Source of the DNA: Styela clava
Lineage: Eukaryota
DNA: 64,000 bases
NCBI RefSeq assembly: GCF_964204865.1
Contig: NC_135262.1
Location: 4,402,001-4,466,000, forward strand
Direction: 5' to 3'
In this document: piece after piece, positions 50,240-62,354 of the stretch
How the letters are laid out: each line of letters opens with the position of its first letter
How positions within the stretch are numbered: position 1 is the stretch's first letter
Program-made: the position numbers and the translations under genes
Notes under the pieces: generated by a model
Database searches by the model: none
What the model was told of the DNA's origin: nothing
Seen by the model: only the letters and a program-made list of their open reading frames with translations

Positions 50240-51886
50240 ATGTCAAAGGTTTCAGATGATGAGTTTGATTTGGATATTGATGTAAATGAACACAATGCAT
50301 TGATGATGGGAAAAATGCATAGTATGAAAAAAGACGGACAACATTCTGACCTCGTCATCAAAGTAGTAAGTGAAGAGTTCCTGGTTCACAAGAACATGAT
50401 GTCAGCGGGTTCTGATTATTTTAATGCGATGTTGTCACATGATAACTTGGAAAGCAACACTGGAATTGTTGATATGAAGGAAGTCGATGTCAATTCTGTG
50501 AAAGTTTGCATTGATTATATTTACACTGGAAAAGCTTCAATTACTTTGGAGAAAAGTGAACGACTACTCCATGTTGCAGCTTTGATGCAATTATCAGTAC
50601 TTTGTGATAAGATAGCTGTGTTTCTTGAAGCCAAGTTGGATGTGAAATCACTTCTCATCATCAAACAAATTGCTTCTATGTTTGAAATTCAAATATTAAA
50701 AACAGCATGTGATGAATTTGCATTGACTAATATGGGAGCAATTTCACAGGAAGAATACTTCAATGAATTGGATGTGGAATTCATCTCTTTCATGGTTGGA
50801 TCGAAAAATTTAGCTTATTCTGAGGATTCTAAACTTGCTGTTCTTCTGCAATGGATCAAAGCTGATATTGGCCAAAGAAAGAAGCTTCTGGTTGAAATGA
50901 TAAATCTGATAAACCTGAACAATGTTTCATCTCGATATGCAACATTCTTAGTGGAAAATGAAAGCCTGTGTGTTGAATCACCTTTAATCATGAAATTATT
51001 GTTTCTCAAAATGACAGAGAAATTTGGTGTTAAAGGAGAATCTGCAAAAATCCCCGCTAATGCATCTGAATTCAATACTTTTGCTGTTTTTGACAAAACT
51101 TCGACGAAAATCAAAACATTCCATTCAGAACAAAATGAATGGCAAGAACTAAAAAATCTGCATGATAGTATGGTAGACAGCCTTTACACTGCAGTCATGG
51201 TGAAGGATTTCATCTATGTTTTTATTGATGATAATCGTTCTGTATATCGTATTAATATTTCTGAACCAGATTCAACTTGGACGAGATTGTCTGATCAGCA
51301 ATGTGACCATGACATGTATTTACAAGCAGCAGTTTGTAATGAATTCATTTATCTGTGTGGCAATGGTACATTGGAGGAGTACATTATCAGCAAAAATATG
51401 TGGAGTGTGGTGAAAAGTGAAAAGATTGTGCTAATGTATTGTACATTAGTTGGATTCCAGGAATCACTTTATGTGATTGGAGGTTACTCAGGTCGTAGTT
51501 TAGCATCTGTGAATCGATATTTACAACAATCCACTTGGTCTTCAGTCAAAGCAATGAATGTTCCTAGGCAGATTCCTGCCGCTACTGTTTATAGAAATCG
51601 AATATTTGTGGCAGGCGGATATGGTCTTGGATCCTTATCAAGTTCAGAGTTCTATGATGCACAAACAGATTCTTGGACAAATTTAGCCTCTATGACTGTT
51701 CCTCGGTATGGTTTTAGCCTTTGCACTGTTGGTGATGAATTATTTGCAATAGGAAGTGATAAAGTCGGATCACAATTAGTTGAGAAATACAGTTTTGAAT
51801 CAAATCGTTGGGAGCATCATATTAATATTCCAGAAAATATGAATATTGCTCCACTTGCCAGTCTGGCATATAAACTTCCGTCTTAG
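50240..51886 (+). CDS. BTB-BACK-Kelch protein K4 (near-identical to K1)
   Basis: I see only three amino-acid differences from K1 (R/K, D/A, E/D). Confidence 0.95.
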   Translation: MSKVSDDEFDLDIDVNEHNALMMGKMHSMKKDGQHSDLVIKVVSEEFLVHKNMMSAGSDYFNAMLSHDNLESNTGIVDMKEVDVNSVKVCIDYIYTGKASITLEKSERLLHVAALMQLSVLCDKIAVFLEAKLDVKSLLIIKQIASMFEIQILKTACDEFALTNMGAISQEEYFNELDVEFISFMVGSKNLAYSEDSKLAVLLQWIKADIGQRKKLLVEMINLINLNNVSSRYATFLVENESLCVESPLIMKLLFLKMTEKFGVKGESAKIPANASEFNTFAVFDKTSTKIKTFHSEQNEWQELKNLHDSMVDSLYTAVMVKDFIYVFIDDNRSVYRINISEPDSTWTRLSDQQCDHDMYLQAAVCNEFIYLCGNGTLEEYIISKNMWSVVKSEKIVLMYCTLVGFQESLYVIGGYSGRSLASVNRYLQQSTWSSVKAMNVPRQIPAATVYRNRIFVAGGYGLGSLSSSEFYDAQTDSWTNLASMTVPRYGFSLCTVGDELFAIGSDKVGSQLVEKYSFESNRWEHHINIPENMNIAPLASLAYKLPS

Positions 51887-52863
51887 TAAATGCAATATGT
51901 ATTGCATCAGCATTAAGAATATAGGAAACAGGCCACTATGAGTTCCATTTGATTTTTAAGTGTTTCAATTTGATTAAATTATCTATTTTGATATTATATG
52001 TAGCAAACAATGAATGATTATTATAGTACAATTTTCTGTAATTAAGACAAATTTTATTGATATGCTCATATATATGATCTTATTATTATGTTTGAAAAAC
52101 TTAAACAAGTTGAATCACGTATTAATATTTCTTTTCATTCTATAGTTAGTCTTCATATGTATGTGTAGTTCTATATACTATATCGTTTAAATTTGGTTTG
52201 TTCCCTGAATGCATTTTTATTCAAAACATAACTTGATGGTGTGAAACTGGCCACTGTTTTTTATACCTGGTTTGCCTATTCTCTCAAGAGAGAAGGCTGT
52301 TGAAGAAATGAGCTTTGATAAATACTTTTCCAAGAGAATTTTAATTTAGAGAAAAGGCTTTCATCCTTTATGAGCCTTGCTTGCGGTTGAATTCAAAGGA
52401 TGTATGTAGTACGTATTGATTTACTGTTTATTATTACAAATATTGCACTACGTTTTTCATTTGTTACATTTATCTTTACATATTTTTTGGCTTATTGTCT
52501 AAAAATCCCCTTAGCTTACTGTATTCAATATTGGTTTATCGCGTCTCCCTTCACACTGAAATGCATTTTTTTATCTTTTTTTATCCAATGTTTATTTTTC
52601 GGCATGTTTAAAAATTAACTACTGATTACTGGTGGTTACAAAAGCTTAATTTGGGAGTGAGAAGGGACATTACACCCATTACAGTTTCAAGAAAATCATA
52701 TTTCAATGACAAATATGACATGGTTACTGGGTTCATAATACAGTGGCTCTTGTTTTTCTATTATCCTGTATAACATTGTGAGCACATATATGATCGAACA
52801 TCTTAGATTCAAATCCCATGGCCACCACCTAAATTAGTACGCCTTTTATATCACAACCTAGAT

Positions 52864-54650
52864 CAGTGGTTCCCAAACTTTTTTGACCATCGCCCCCCTA
52901 AAGTAGTTTATACAACTTCATCGCCCCCCAGCACTACAAAAAAATGTAAAGTCAGAAACGAATATATTACAGACCAAATGAGAAGACAAATCATAGTTTA
53001 TAGTGTTTGTTAATGAGATGGATGAGCTTGGTGTTCTTCAGCAAGTTTTTTATTAGTAGCACGGCTCAAAAACGCTTTTTCACCATATATTAGGTCGGAA
53101 ATGAAAGAATCCAGGGTTCTATCTCCTTAAAAAACGTCGTGTACTCTTGCCTTATAGCATTTCACTTCCTAAATTCACCAAATTTCACATTAAATTAATG
53201 AAAGCAAAGTTAATTTTCGCATATATTTTTTAAAAGTTAAAAACGGAACAACGCGCGAAAACTGAGACAATTCGTGAACTCAACTCAGTCGTCTTATTAA
53301 AAAATATTACAATGACATTTAATGTGACACTGTCATGTTGATGCATCACGCTTGATAGCTTTACGACGCCAAGATTGGAACATTTTCTAAATGGGCATCA
53401 CTAATCCCAGTTCTTCGCTTGTTCTTTGTAATGTCTCCATTTTCGAAAAAAATTGTTTGCACAAAAATATGTACTTCCAAACATCTAAGTGAATATTCTC
53501 GCATGGTTTGTGAAATTTTGATAAAGATTTTTTTTAGGAAGATACTTTCTTACAAAAATTACGCAGTGATGAATCTCTCGAATAGAATATGAATTTTAAT
53601 TCCTTATTGCATTGCAATATATTCGAGTACTTACTGCGCTATTGAACCCCTGCCCTCAGCATCAACTTTTTTTCCTCGTGTTTCCATTTGTCTAATTATA
53701 ATTAAATTCTAAGCTCGTTAAACGAGTAGCTAGCTGTTTAATAGAATTTTTAGGCTATAATAAAATTTAGTCTAAACGTGTCTCACGATAAATTCTGTTA
53801 CGTAAAAAAATGTAATTTACTCCTCGAGCGTAGATAAATAAAATAAATTCATCGTCAAAACCGCCGTTTGGATGTTTCCCCGGGCATAGACTTCCTTGCT
53901 TACATCGTGACATTGGCCAATCAGCAAGATGCAAAAATAAACGTAACAATGCCCCCTTTCGCATCCGCTCAGACAGACTTTCAGGCGTGGTCGTGAACAT
54001 TCCTCATTTTTGAATTAAATTCGTTAGTTTTTAGTTGTTTTTCGGAAATTTAAATAAAAATCATATAAGTCAATGATTACTTTGTCCTCCTATGAGTTTC
54101 AGTTTAAATACGGTAATCAAAAATTGGTGTAGAAATAGCTGTGATGGACTATAGGCTAAATTTTTTTATCGGTACTTTTAAAAAACAGATTGTTGAATGG
54201 TATGAATTAGAATGATAGTTTGAAACAAATACCCTATTTTACAGGCAAACACTCGCGAAACCACTCTTAAAAATAAGCACCGAAAATTTAAAAATGATAA
54301 AGTATATAGGAAGAATTTTACGCGGTCAAAAGTCGGGGATAGGTCTATTCAGTGAATCGTCCCGGGCCATATTTTTTTACTTAAGCCGTATTTTGTCGAC
54401 CACTGGGATACGCCAACTACCGTACCTTACTGCGGAGACGAGTCCAGAAATCCTTTCGCGTGTGATAATTGACCACGTGAATCAAGTCTGCGAATGCACA
54501 CAGCGTAGGCTACAGAATTGAGTGCACGATACGCAGAGCAATAACAGATTTCGCGAAATCGCCCCCCTATCGCCCCCTTCGACTTTTTCGCCCCCCTCTG
54601 TATCGTTTTCGCCCACCGGGGGGCGATATCGCCCACTTTGGGAATCACTG
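52864..54650 (-). mobile_element. Recently inserted, internally deleted hAT-Buster/Charlie element
   Basis: TIRs CAGTGGTTCCCAAA / TTTGGGAATCACTG. Perfect TSD ACCTAGAT. Minus-strand remnant ending QAHPSH*. Empty site at about 33246 and in the other units. Confidence 0.93.
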
Positions 54651-55231
54651 ACCTAGATGATGTAAATATCATTTGTTAGCTTTTTATACTTTGCTTTCTT
54701 ATATTCTTCATTTAATATTTCTTATACTTAGCTAATTCATTGAATCAGACATATGCATCGATGACAATAAAATTTTGAGTCACCAACAAAATTTGTTATT
54801 GTGCATTCCCAGATAAGGTTTTTATAATTTTAAATAATTGTGTTAAGAAGTTGGAATAAAAATTAATCAGGAATTTCTTCAAATAAGTTATTACCGGTTC
54901 GATATTAAAAACATCACAAAAATATTCGATCTTGGACAGCCGTCCCTATTACCCAGTCAATTCAATTATATCATATTTTATATACATACAAGACATTACA
55001 TAAATGCCTCTTGTCTACCCACAATTAGTGGAACCTTAATTCTGAATTCTGCTTCAATTGAAATCAAAATTTTTATGAAATGATGTAAATAAAAATTCCT
55101 GACAATTATCAATATAATCCTAACCTGTTGAATTCCAGTAATATTTTTTAACCAATTGCTAAACTTCTCCAGGTTGCATCACTTGCATGGTTATATTTTT
55201 TGTGAATATAAGTTAGAGTAATAACTTGACG

Positions 55232-56881
55232 ATGGCAAAGGTTTCGGATAATGAGTTTGATTTGGATATTGATGTAAATGAACACAATGCATTAATGATG
55301 GGTAAATTGCATAGTATGAAAAAAGATGGACAACATTCTGACCTCGTCATCAAAGTAGGAAGTGAGGAGTTCTTGGTTCACAAGAACATGATGTCAGCGG
55401 GTTCTGATTATTTTGATGCGATGTTGTCACATGATAACTTGGAGACCAACACAGGAATTGTTAAAATGCAAGATGTTGATGTGGAATCAGTAAAGGTTTG
55501 CATTGATTACATTTACACTGGAAAAGCTTCAATTACTTTGGAAAAAAGTGAACAACTACTCCATGTTGCAACTTTGATGCAGTTATCAGTACTTTGTGAT
55601 AAGATAGCCGAGTTTCTCAAAGCTAAGTTGGACATGAAAACACTTCCCTTTATCAAACAAACTGCTTCTATGTTTGAAATCCAAACAATAAAAACAGCAT
55701 GTGATGATTTTGCATTGTCTAATATGGGAGCAATTTCTCAGGAAGAATACTTCAATGAATTGGATGTAGAATTCATCTCCTTCATGGTTGGATCGAAAAA
55801 TTTATCTTATTCTGAGGATTCTAAACTTGCTGTTCTTCTGCAGTGGATCAAAGGTGATATTGACCAACGAAGAAAACTTCTGGTTGAAATGATAAATCTG
55901 ATAAACCTGAATAATGTTTCTTATCGATATGCAACATTCTTAGTGGAAAATGAAAGCCTGTGTGTTGAATTACCTGTAATCTTAAAATTATTGTTTCTCA
56001 AAATGGCTGAGAAGTCTGGTGTTAAAGGAGCATCTGCAGAAATTCCCACCAATGCACCTGAATTCAATGCATTTGCAGTTTTTGACAAGACTTCGAGAAA
56101 AATCAAAACATTCCGGCCAGAAAAAAAAGAATGGCAGGATCTAAAAAAACTGCATGATGGTATGGTAAATAGCTATTACACTGCAGTCATGGTGAAGGAT
56201 TTCATCTATGTTTTTATGGAGAATCGTTCAGTATATCGTATTAATATTTCTGGACCAGATTCAACTTGGAATAAAATAGCTGATTACCAATTTGAACATG
56301 GCCAGTTTTTGCGAGCAGAATTTTGTAATGAATTCATTTATCTTTTCGGCATGAAAACATTGGAGGGGTATGATATCAGCAAAAATGTGTGGGGCCTGGT
56401 AGAAACAGAAAAAAATACACTATTCAACTGTACATTAGCTGGATTCCAGCAATCAATTTACATACTAGGAGGTTCTAATAATGGTAGTTTATCATCAGTG
56501 AATCGATATTCACTGCCATCCACTTGGTCTTCATGCAAAGCCATGAATGTTCCTCGGGAGCTTCCTGCTGCTACAGTTAATGGGAATCGAATATTTGTGG
56601 CAGGCGGATTTAATAATATCTACGGGTCATTATCTAGTTCAGAGTTTTGTGATCTACAAACAGACTGTTGGACAAATTTAGCCTCAATGACAGTTCCTCG
56701 GTATTATTTTGGCCTTTGCACTGTTGGTAATGAATTATTTGCAATTGGAGGTGAAAAAGGCCGGTCAAAATCGGTTGAAAAATACAATTTTGAGTCAAGT
56801 CATTGGGAGAATCTTATAAATTTTCCAGAAAATATGAATATTGCTCCACCTGCCAGTCTGGCATATAAACTTCCACCATAG
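55232..56881 (+). CDS. BTB-BACK-Kelch protein K5 (chimeric: K3-like 5' part, K2-like 3' part)
   Basis: Intact ORF. See the chimera finding. Confidence 0.95.
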   Translation: MAKVSDNEFDLDIDVNEHNALMMGKLHSMKKDGQHSDLVIKVGSEEFLVHKNMMSAGSDYFDAMLSHDNLETNTGIVKMQDVDVESVKVCIDYIYTGKASITLEKSEQLLHVATLMQLSVLCDKIAEFLKAKLDMKTLPFIKQTASMFEIQTIKTACDDFALSNMGAISQEEYFNELDVEFISFMVGSKNLSYSEDSKLAVLLQWIKGDIDQRRKLLVEMINLINLNNVSYRYATFLVENESLCVELPVILKLLFLKMAEKSGVKGASAEIPTNAPEFNAFAVFDKTSRKIKTFRPEKKEWQDLKKLHDGMVNSYYTAVMVKDFIYVFMENRSVYRINISGPDSTWNKIADYQFEHGQFLRAEFCNEFIYLFGMKTLEGYDISKNVWGLVETEKNTLFNCTLAGFQQSIYILGGSNNGSLSSVNRYSLPSTWSSCKAMNVPRELPAATVNGNRIFVAGGFNNIYGSLSSSEFCDLQTDCWTNLASMTVPRYYFGLCTVGNELFAIGGEKGRSKSVEKYNFESSHWENLINFPENMNIAPPASLAYKLPP

Positions 56882-56882
56882 T

Positions 56883-58595
56883 CAGTGGCGCAGCCAGGGG
56901 GGGGGGGGGGGGGGGGGGGTTCGGGGTCGAACCCCCCCCCCCTTTTGAATTTTCCGAAAAGTGAAAAAGTTGCCGATAACACGCGCAATTGCCTTCTGCT
57001 GAAATCGCCGTTCGTTTTCATCAACGCGGCATGTTATTTATTCCGTGAACGCCCTTTACATTGGTGTTTATTCTCTTCAAATCACAAATTTGTGCCGCGG
57101 GAACAATGGTAACTATTTTATTTTTGTACCCGCACGGAAATGTGAAAACTGAAAAAGCGTGCAATTGCCTTCTGCTAAAATCGCCCATGTTTTCATCAGC
57201 GTGTTATTTGGGCCGTAAACGCCCTTACGTCGGTTTTTATTCTATCTAAATCATAAATCTGTGCCACGATAAACATGATAATTATTTTATTTTTGTACTT
57301 TGCACGAAATTGTGAATTCGTGAGTTATTATACGTTCATCGGTGGCGAGGTTCTAAAGACAAAAGACGGAGTAAAATCGCGATCTAAATTTGATTGAAAT
57401 TATAAAATACTGAAAATAAAACCGTAAACAATATAAGTTTTGTTGAGTCCCGCGACAGTCTAAAAACGCTTTTCTAGTCGCAAAATCGCAAAATTTCTTG
57501 TGCCTATGGCGCACATTATGTTTGGTCACCGTTTAGGAACATACCGTCACTAAAATCGAAACACGGTTAATTGTGGGTGGGATTTGCCTTTTATCCATTA
57601 CTTTAAAATTGTCGTAGAAAATTTTCGTGTTATCATTAAACAAGGTTGAAAACGTGATTTTTTTCCCGGTTTGTGATGATATATAAGATAATTAATCCGA
57701 AGTATATCCATCAATTTTTATTGTACTGAAATAAATTTTACTCCGTGAGAATTCACAGCAGATTTACGGATTTTTCAGGAGGTTTTATCTTTAAAAATAA
57801 TCGGAGTGTCAGCATTGCGATTGAACGGAGTCAATGTTACAAGCACATCTCAAATTTGTCGAATTTGCAGAATAGAAAAAATACGGATCAAAACAATATA
57901 TGATAGGCGACGGGCAGTTACCACAAATTTTTATTTTTATGTCAGCAAATGGCCGAGGTATTTTAAAATTGTGAATTGTAAAAAATTGTTTTGTTTTGTC
58001 GACGCAAACGCTGGTTAAATTGAAGACAATTAAATTAATAAAGCAAGACATTTTAAATATGCCCTTATCGGTCACGAATTGATTACTTTGCACAACAGAA
58101 AAATCATTTTTCGTTGTAAACGTCAGCTCTTTTAACAAGTGGCGTAATCGCGGCGATGAATATGTATTTTTGATTTAACCATATACTTCATACGCATTTT
58201 CATTGTGCGAAATAAAATTGTACTTTTCGGGATTTTATACCAGTTATTGAGATTTTTCTAACGGCGGTAACGAGTTGGCAAGATTCCAAAAATACGTATT
58301 AAAATTAAATACACCGTTTATCCTCATATTTTACTTATTTCAGAGAACTAATGTTTTAGTTTTGACGTAAGAAGAAGCAACCGCGAGTTACGTTGGACAC
58401 AATTAAACTAATATATAAAGACATTTTAGAATTTTGTAGTTGTCAGAGATTGAATATTTCACGCGACAAGAATAATCATTATACGCTGAAAAGACGTCCC
58501 TTTAACGAGCGCGTAATTCGAAGACTGTTACAGACCGCAATGGGAAGTTATGATTATGAAACCCCCCCCTTTTGAAAATCCTGGCTGCGCGCCTG
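56883..58595. mobile_element. Duplicate of the hAT element at the K2 stop codon
   Basis: Same TIRs, same TSD ACCATAGT, same site. Confidence 0.93.
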
Positions 58596-59808
58596 ACCAT
58601 AGTCAATGCTATATTTATATCATAAGCATTAAGAATATATGAAACAGGCCACTATGAGTTCCACTTGATTTTTAAGCGTTTCAATTTGATTAAATTATCT
58701 ATTTTGATAATATACATAGACAATGAATGATTATTATAGGGCAATTTTCTGTATTTGAGCCGAATTTTATTGATATGCTAGTTTGAAAAACTCAAACAAG
58801 ATAAATCATGTATTAATATGTAGTTTTACTCTATAGTCTTCATATCTATGTGTAGTTCTATACGCTGTATCGTTTAAATTTGGTTTGTTCCATGAATTTT
58901 ATTTTTTATTCAAAACATAACTTGATGGTGTGGAACTGGCCACTGTTCTATATTCTCTTTGCTGACTGAATAGCTGAAGGAAGAGTTCTATGAAAAATTC
59001 ACCGAGGTTTAATTTTAGAATGAAACTTCTTATCTTTTAAGATTTGTTTGTGGCTGAACTCAGAGGGATATGTACTGATTAATTTCTACTAGTATAAATA
59101 TTGTTCGTTTTTTATTTATTGCAATTATTTTATATATTTTGCAGCTTATTCGTATTTGGCCAAGTTTCTATTAATCTCAATCTATGTGAGGAATTTAGGT
59201 CTCAGTGCTAGTAAACCATATCCTATAATTGTTACCTTTAGTATTTATATTTTTCTTTAGCGTAGTGTTGGGTGCAAAAGCTTAATTTGGCAGTGAGGAG
59301 GGACATTACGTCCATAATAGTTGGAGAAAATCATCTCACAATATATAACATTGTTCTGTGTAAAATTGTGAGAACTGGTGTTCGAACTGAGTTAGCATCA
59401 GATATTAATATCTTAGATACAAACCCCATGGCCACCTCACCGAGTACGACTTGTATATCACAACCTAGATGATGTAACTTTCTTTTGTTAATTCATATAT
59501 ACTTTGCTTTCCTATATTCTTCATTTGATAATACTCATGCCTGGCTATATTGATCAATCAGACATGTCTTGTAGCATTGAGCAAGCACTGTTATTGGCAA
59601 AAAATTTGTAGTCACCAACAGAATTTGTTATTGTGCATCCCCAGTGCATTCTCAAAGGAAATTTTTATAATTTTATATAATTGATTTAAGAAATTGCGGT
59701 AGGTAATCAGAAATTTCTTCAAATATATGCAACATTTTACTGCATTTAATAACTTGTTGTATTATATTTAGTTTTAAATCTAGTGAGTTGTCTAAATATT
59801 TGATTATA

Positions 59809-59933
59809 ATGGAATTTGACTCTGGTATTAATGAAAATGAACACAAAAACATAATGATGACGAAATTTGATGATTTGAGAAAGAAGAATACCATTCTGAT
59901 CTCACAATCAAAGTATGAAGCAGAGAGTTTCTG
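59809..59933 (+). pseudogene. Truncated BTB-Kelch 5' fragment
   Basis: Near-identical to 41679-41803. Confidence 0.8.
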
Positions 59934-60160
59934 CAAAGTTTTCAATCTCAAATTTTGGGTTTCTCTGAAATAGAGTCAGAATTTTCGCCAGCATGGAAAT
60001 GTATTCGAAGTCACAATCATTGTTAACCCAAATTGGATTTGCAAAATCAATAGGTGTTTGGAAGTGGAGTCAGTTGAAAGTTTTCCAGGACCACATAACT
60101 CTTCTAGTCCTATCAATAAATATCTAGAATGAATATTTAACAATTATCATTCTTTCTAAA

Positions 60161-60643
60161 GTAAATGTTTTTAGATCTTGACCGAATATCTGAATACTAT
60201 CGCGTTCCGTTCCAACTTCTGAAAAACACAGAGGAGGATTTCTTTGCGAAAGGTTCGGTTAAAGCTCAGCGTTTGTTGACTTACGTACAGAAAGAATCAC
60301 CTGAACATTTGAATGGACTTTTAGATGAGATTTTCAAAAGAATCTGGGTCGACAATGTTGACATTTCTGAAAATAAAAGCTTACGAGAAGCGTGTGAAGC
60401 AGCTGGATTGTCCTCCATAGAATCTTCCAATGCTTTGAATGAAATAAATCATCAATCTGTCAAGGAAGAACTGAAGAAAGGTACTTCATATGCTATTGAG
60501 TGCGAGGTGTTTGGCACTGCTACATATATATTACACAAAAATGGAAGATGGAATGGAAGGACATGTTGTTTGGTACTGATAGAATATTCCTCCTTGCTCA
60601 TTATTTGAATGAGCCATGGCCAGTGTTCCCAAATAATGAATGA
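60161..60643 (+). pseudogene. GST-kappa exon-2 duplicate 5
   Basis: Acceptor lost, TAC changed to TAA, the conserved GTP proline changed to Ala, and a frameshifting insertion near 60545-60560. Confidence 0.9.
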
Positions 60644-62354
60644 ATATGAACTAATTCCTGTGTCAACTCTATTGATAAATATGATTAAGGGGACTTAAAT
60701 ATTATAAGTATGATTTCGGTTAATATTGTACACAGCTTATTGCTGACATACATAAAAACACAGCTACATAAAAATATCAATCGAAAAGCTGCCGAAAATT
60801 GAACAATTTTTCCATCTTTAATGCGATTGGCGAGTCTATTATCCACATGACAAACTACAGATGTCTTTTGTCACCTCTTTATCTATAATCTCTGATTTGA
60901 TTGTTGTAAGCACAGTACCTCATTATTGCTGTTGTTTAAATATATATTACACCTTTGTTGGAGGTACTTAAACCACTGCTATCTTTAGATGTGACCGATT
61001 GAAGTTTAATACCGTATTACCCCGAATATAAGTCCTAGCCTGAATTTCAAAAATGATTAAAATAAGACCTAATCGATTATGCAAAATATTTTTTTGACTT
61101 AGTTGATAGCAATAAATTTCTCCTACACGTTTTGAAGGATTAGTCAAAAACGTATGAGAGAGAAAAAGGTTTAAAGATCTGAATAATCTATGTTTAGCAG
61201 TTTTTTAAACTAAAAATATGTTATTCATAAGTAAATTGATCTCGGTTTTCATATTTTGTATATTTAAAAATCTTTTAATTCTTTACTGTGTAATTTCGTT
61301 TTTGATAAATGAAAATAAAAAATCCTCTAAAAATAAGCCCTGGTGTTATTTTTTGAAAGAAAATTGAAATAAGACCCGGTCTAATTTTTGAGGAAACACG
61401 GTATACTTCTTGTATTATATTATTTTGACTTTGTAGCACACCCATTTTGTGCACCAATGTTGTCATAAAAATTTCTTTAAAATGTTAAAATTTTATTGGG
61501 TTATTTTTAAATTATTCATTTTGTATTGCTTTCATATCATGTAAGATTATTGCATACTTTGTCAATGGCCACATTTAAATTTACATTTTGATGAAAATTT
61601 TGAGTTAAGTTCCATTTGTCTTTGAATGTGATCATATTTTTTGTTCATTTGCTCGGAACAAGGCTTTAGACAAATTATAGCAAAAATATATTTGTTGTTG
61701 AACCGATTAACCATCGTTAGTATAATAGAAAAAGCCTTTTCATATTCATCCCATAAGGAGTGAAAATCAATACCATAGCTTAGTCATATAGTGAACTACT
61801 TACTGCCTCTTATTCAATTACCAGACCAAGAGGTATATTTTCTCTGGTTATTCAGTCTAGATCAGTGGTTTTGAACCTTTTTGGTGTAGCGAAATATTGC
61901 CCTTCGCATAACTGGTTTCTCGATATTTCTCTCACCTTCATTTTGTGTTAAAAAAATGCCTAGTAACCTGTTATCAGCAACTTCACGCATGTTCATAACT
62001 GAAAGATTCAGTGATAAACACCGATTAGAGAAAAATATTCGATTCAAGTCGAAAAATTATTCGATTTTGGACAGCCCTACCTATTAGCCAGTCAATTGAA
62101 TCATATTTTATAAACATGCAAGACTTTACATGCCCCTTGTATACCAACAATTAGTGGTAGCTTAATTTTGAAGCATGTAGCTTCAATTGGAATCAAAATT
62201 TTTATGAAATGCTCCCTTTGATAATTTCTAGTAGCTATCAACATAAACCCAACCCAATAAATTCCAGTAATATTTTTTAACCAATTGCTAAACTTCTCCA
62301 GGTTGCATGGACATATTTTAGTGAACATAAGTTAATTAGAATAATAACTTGACA

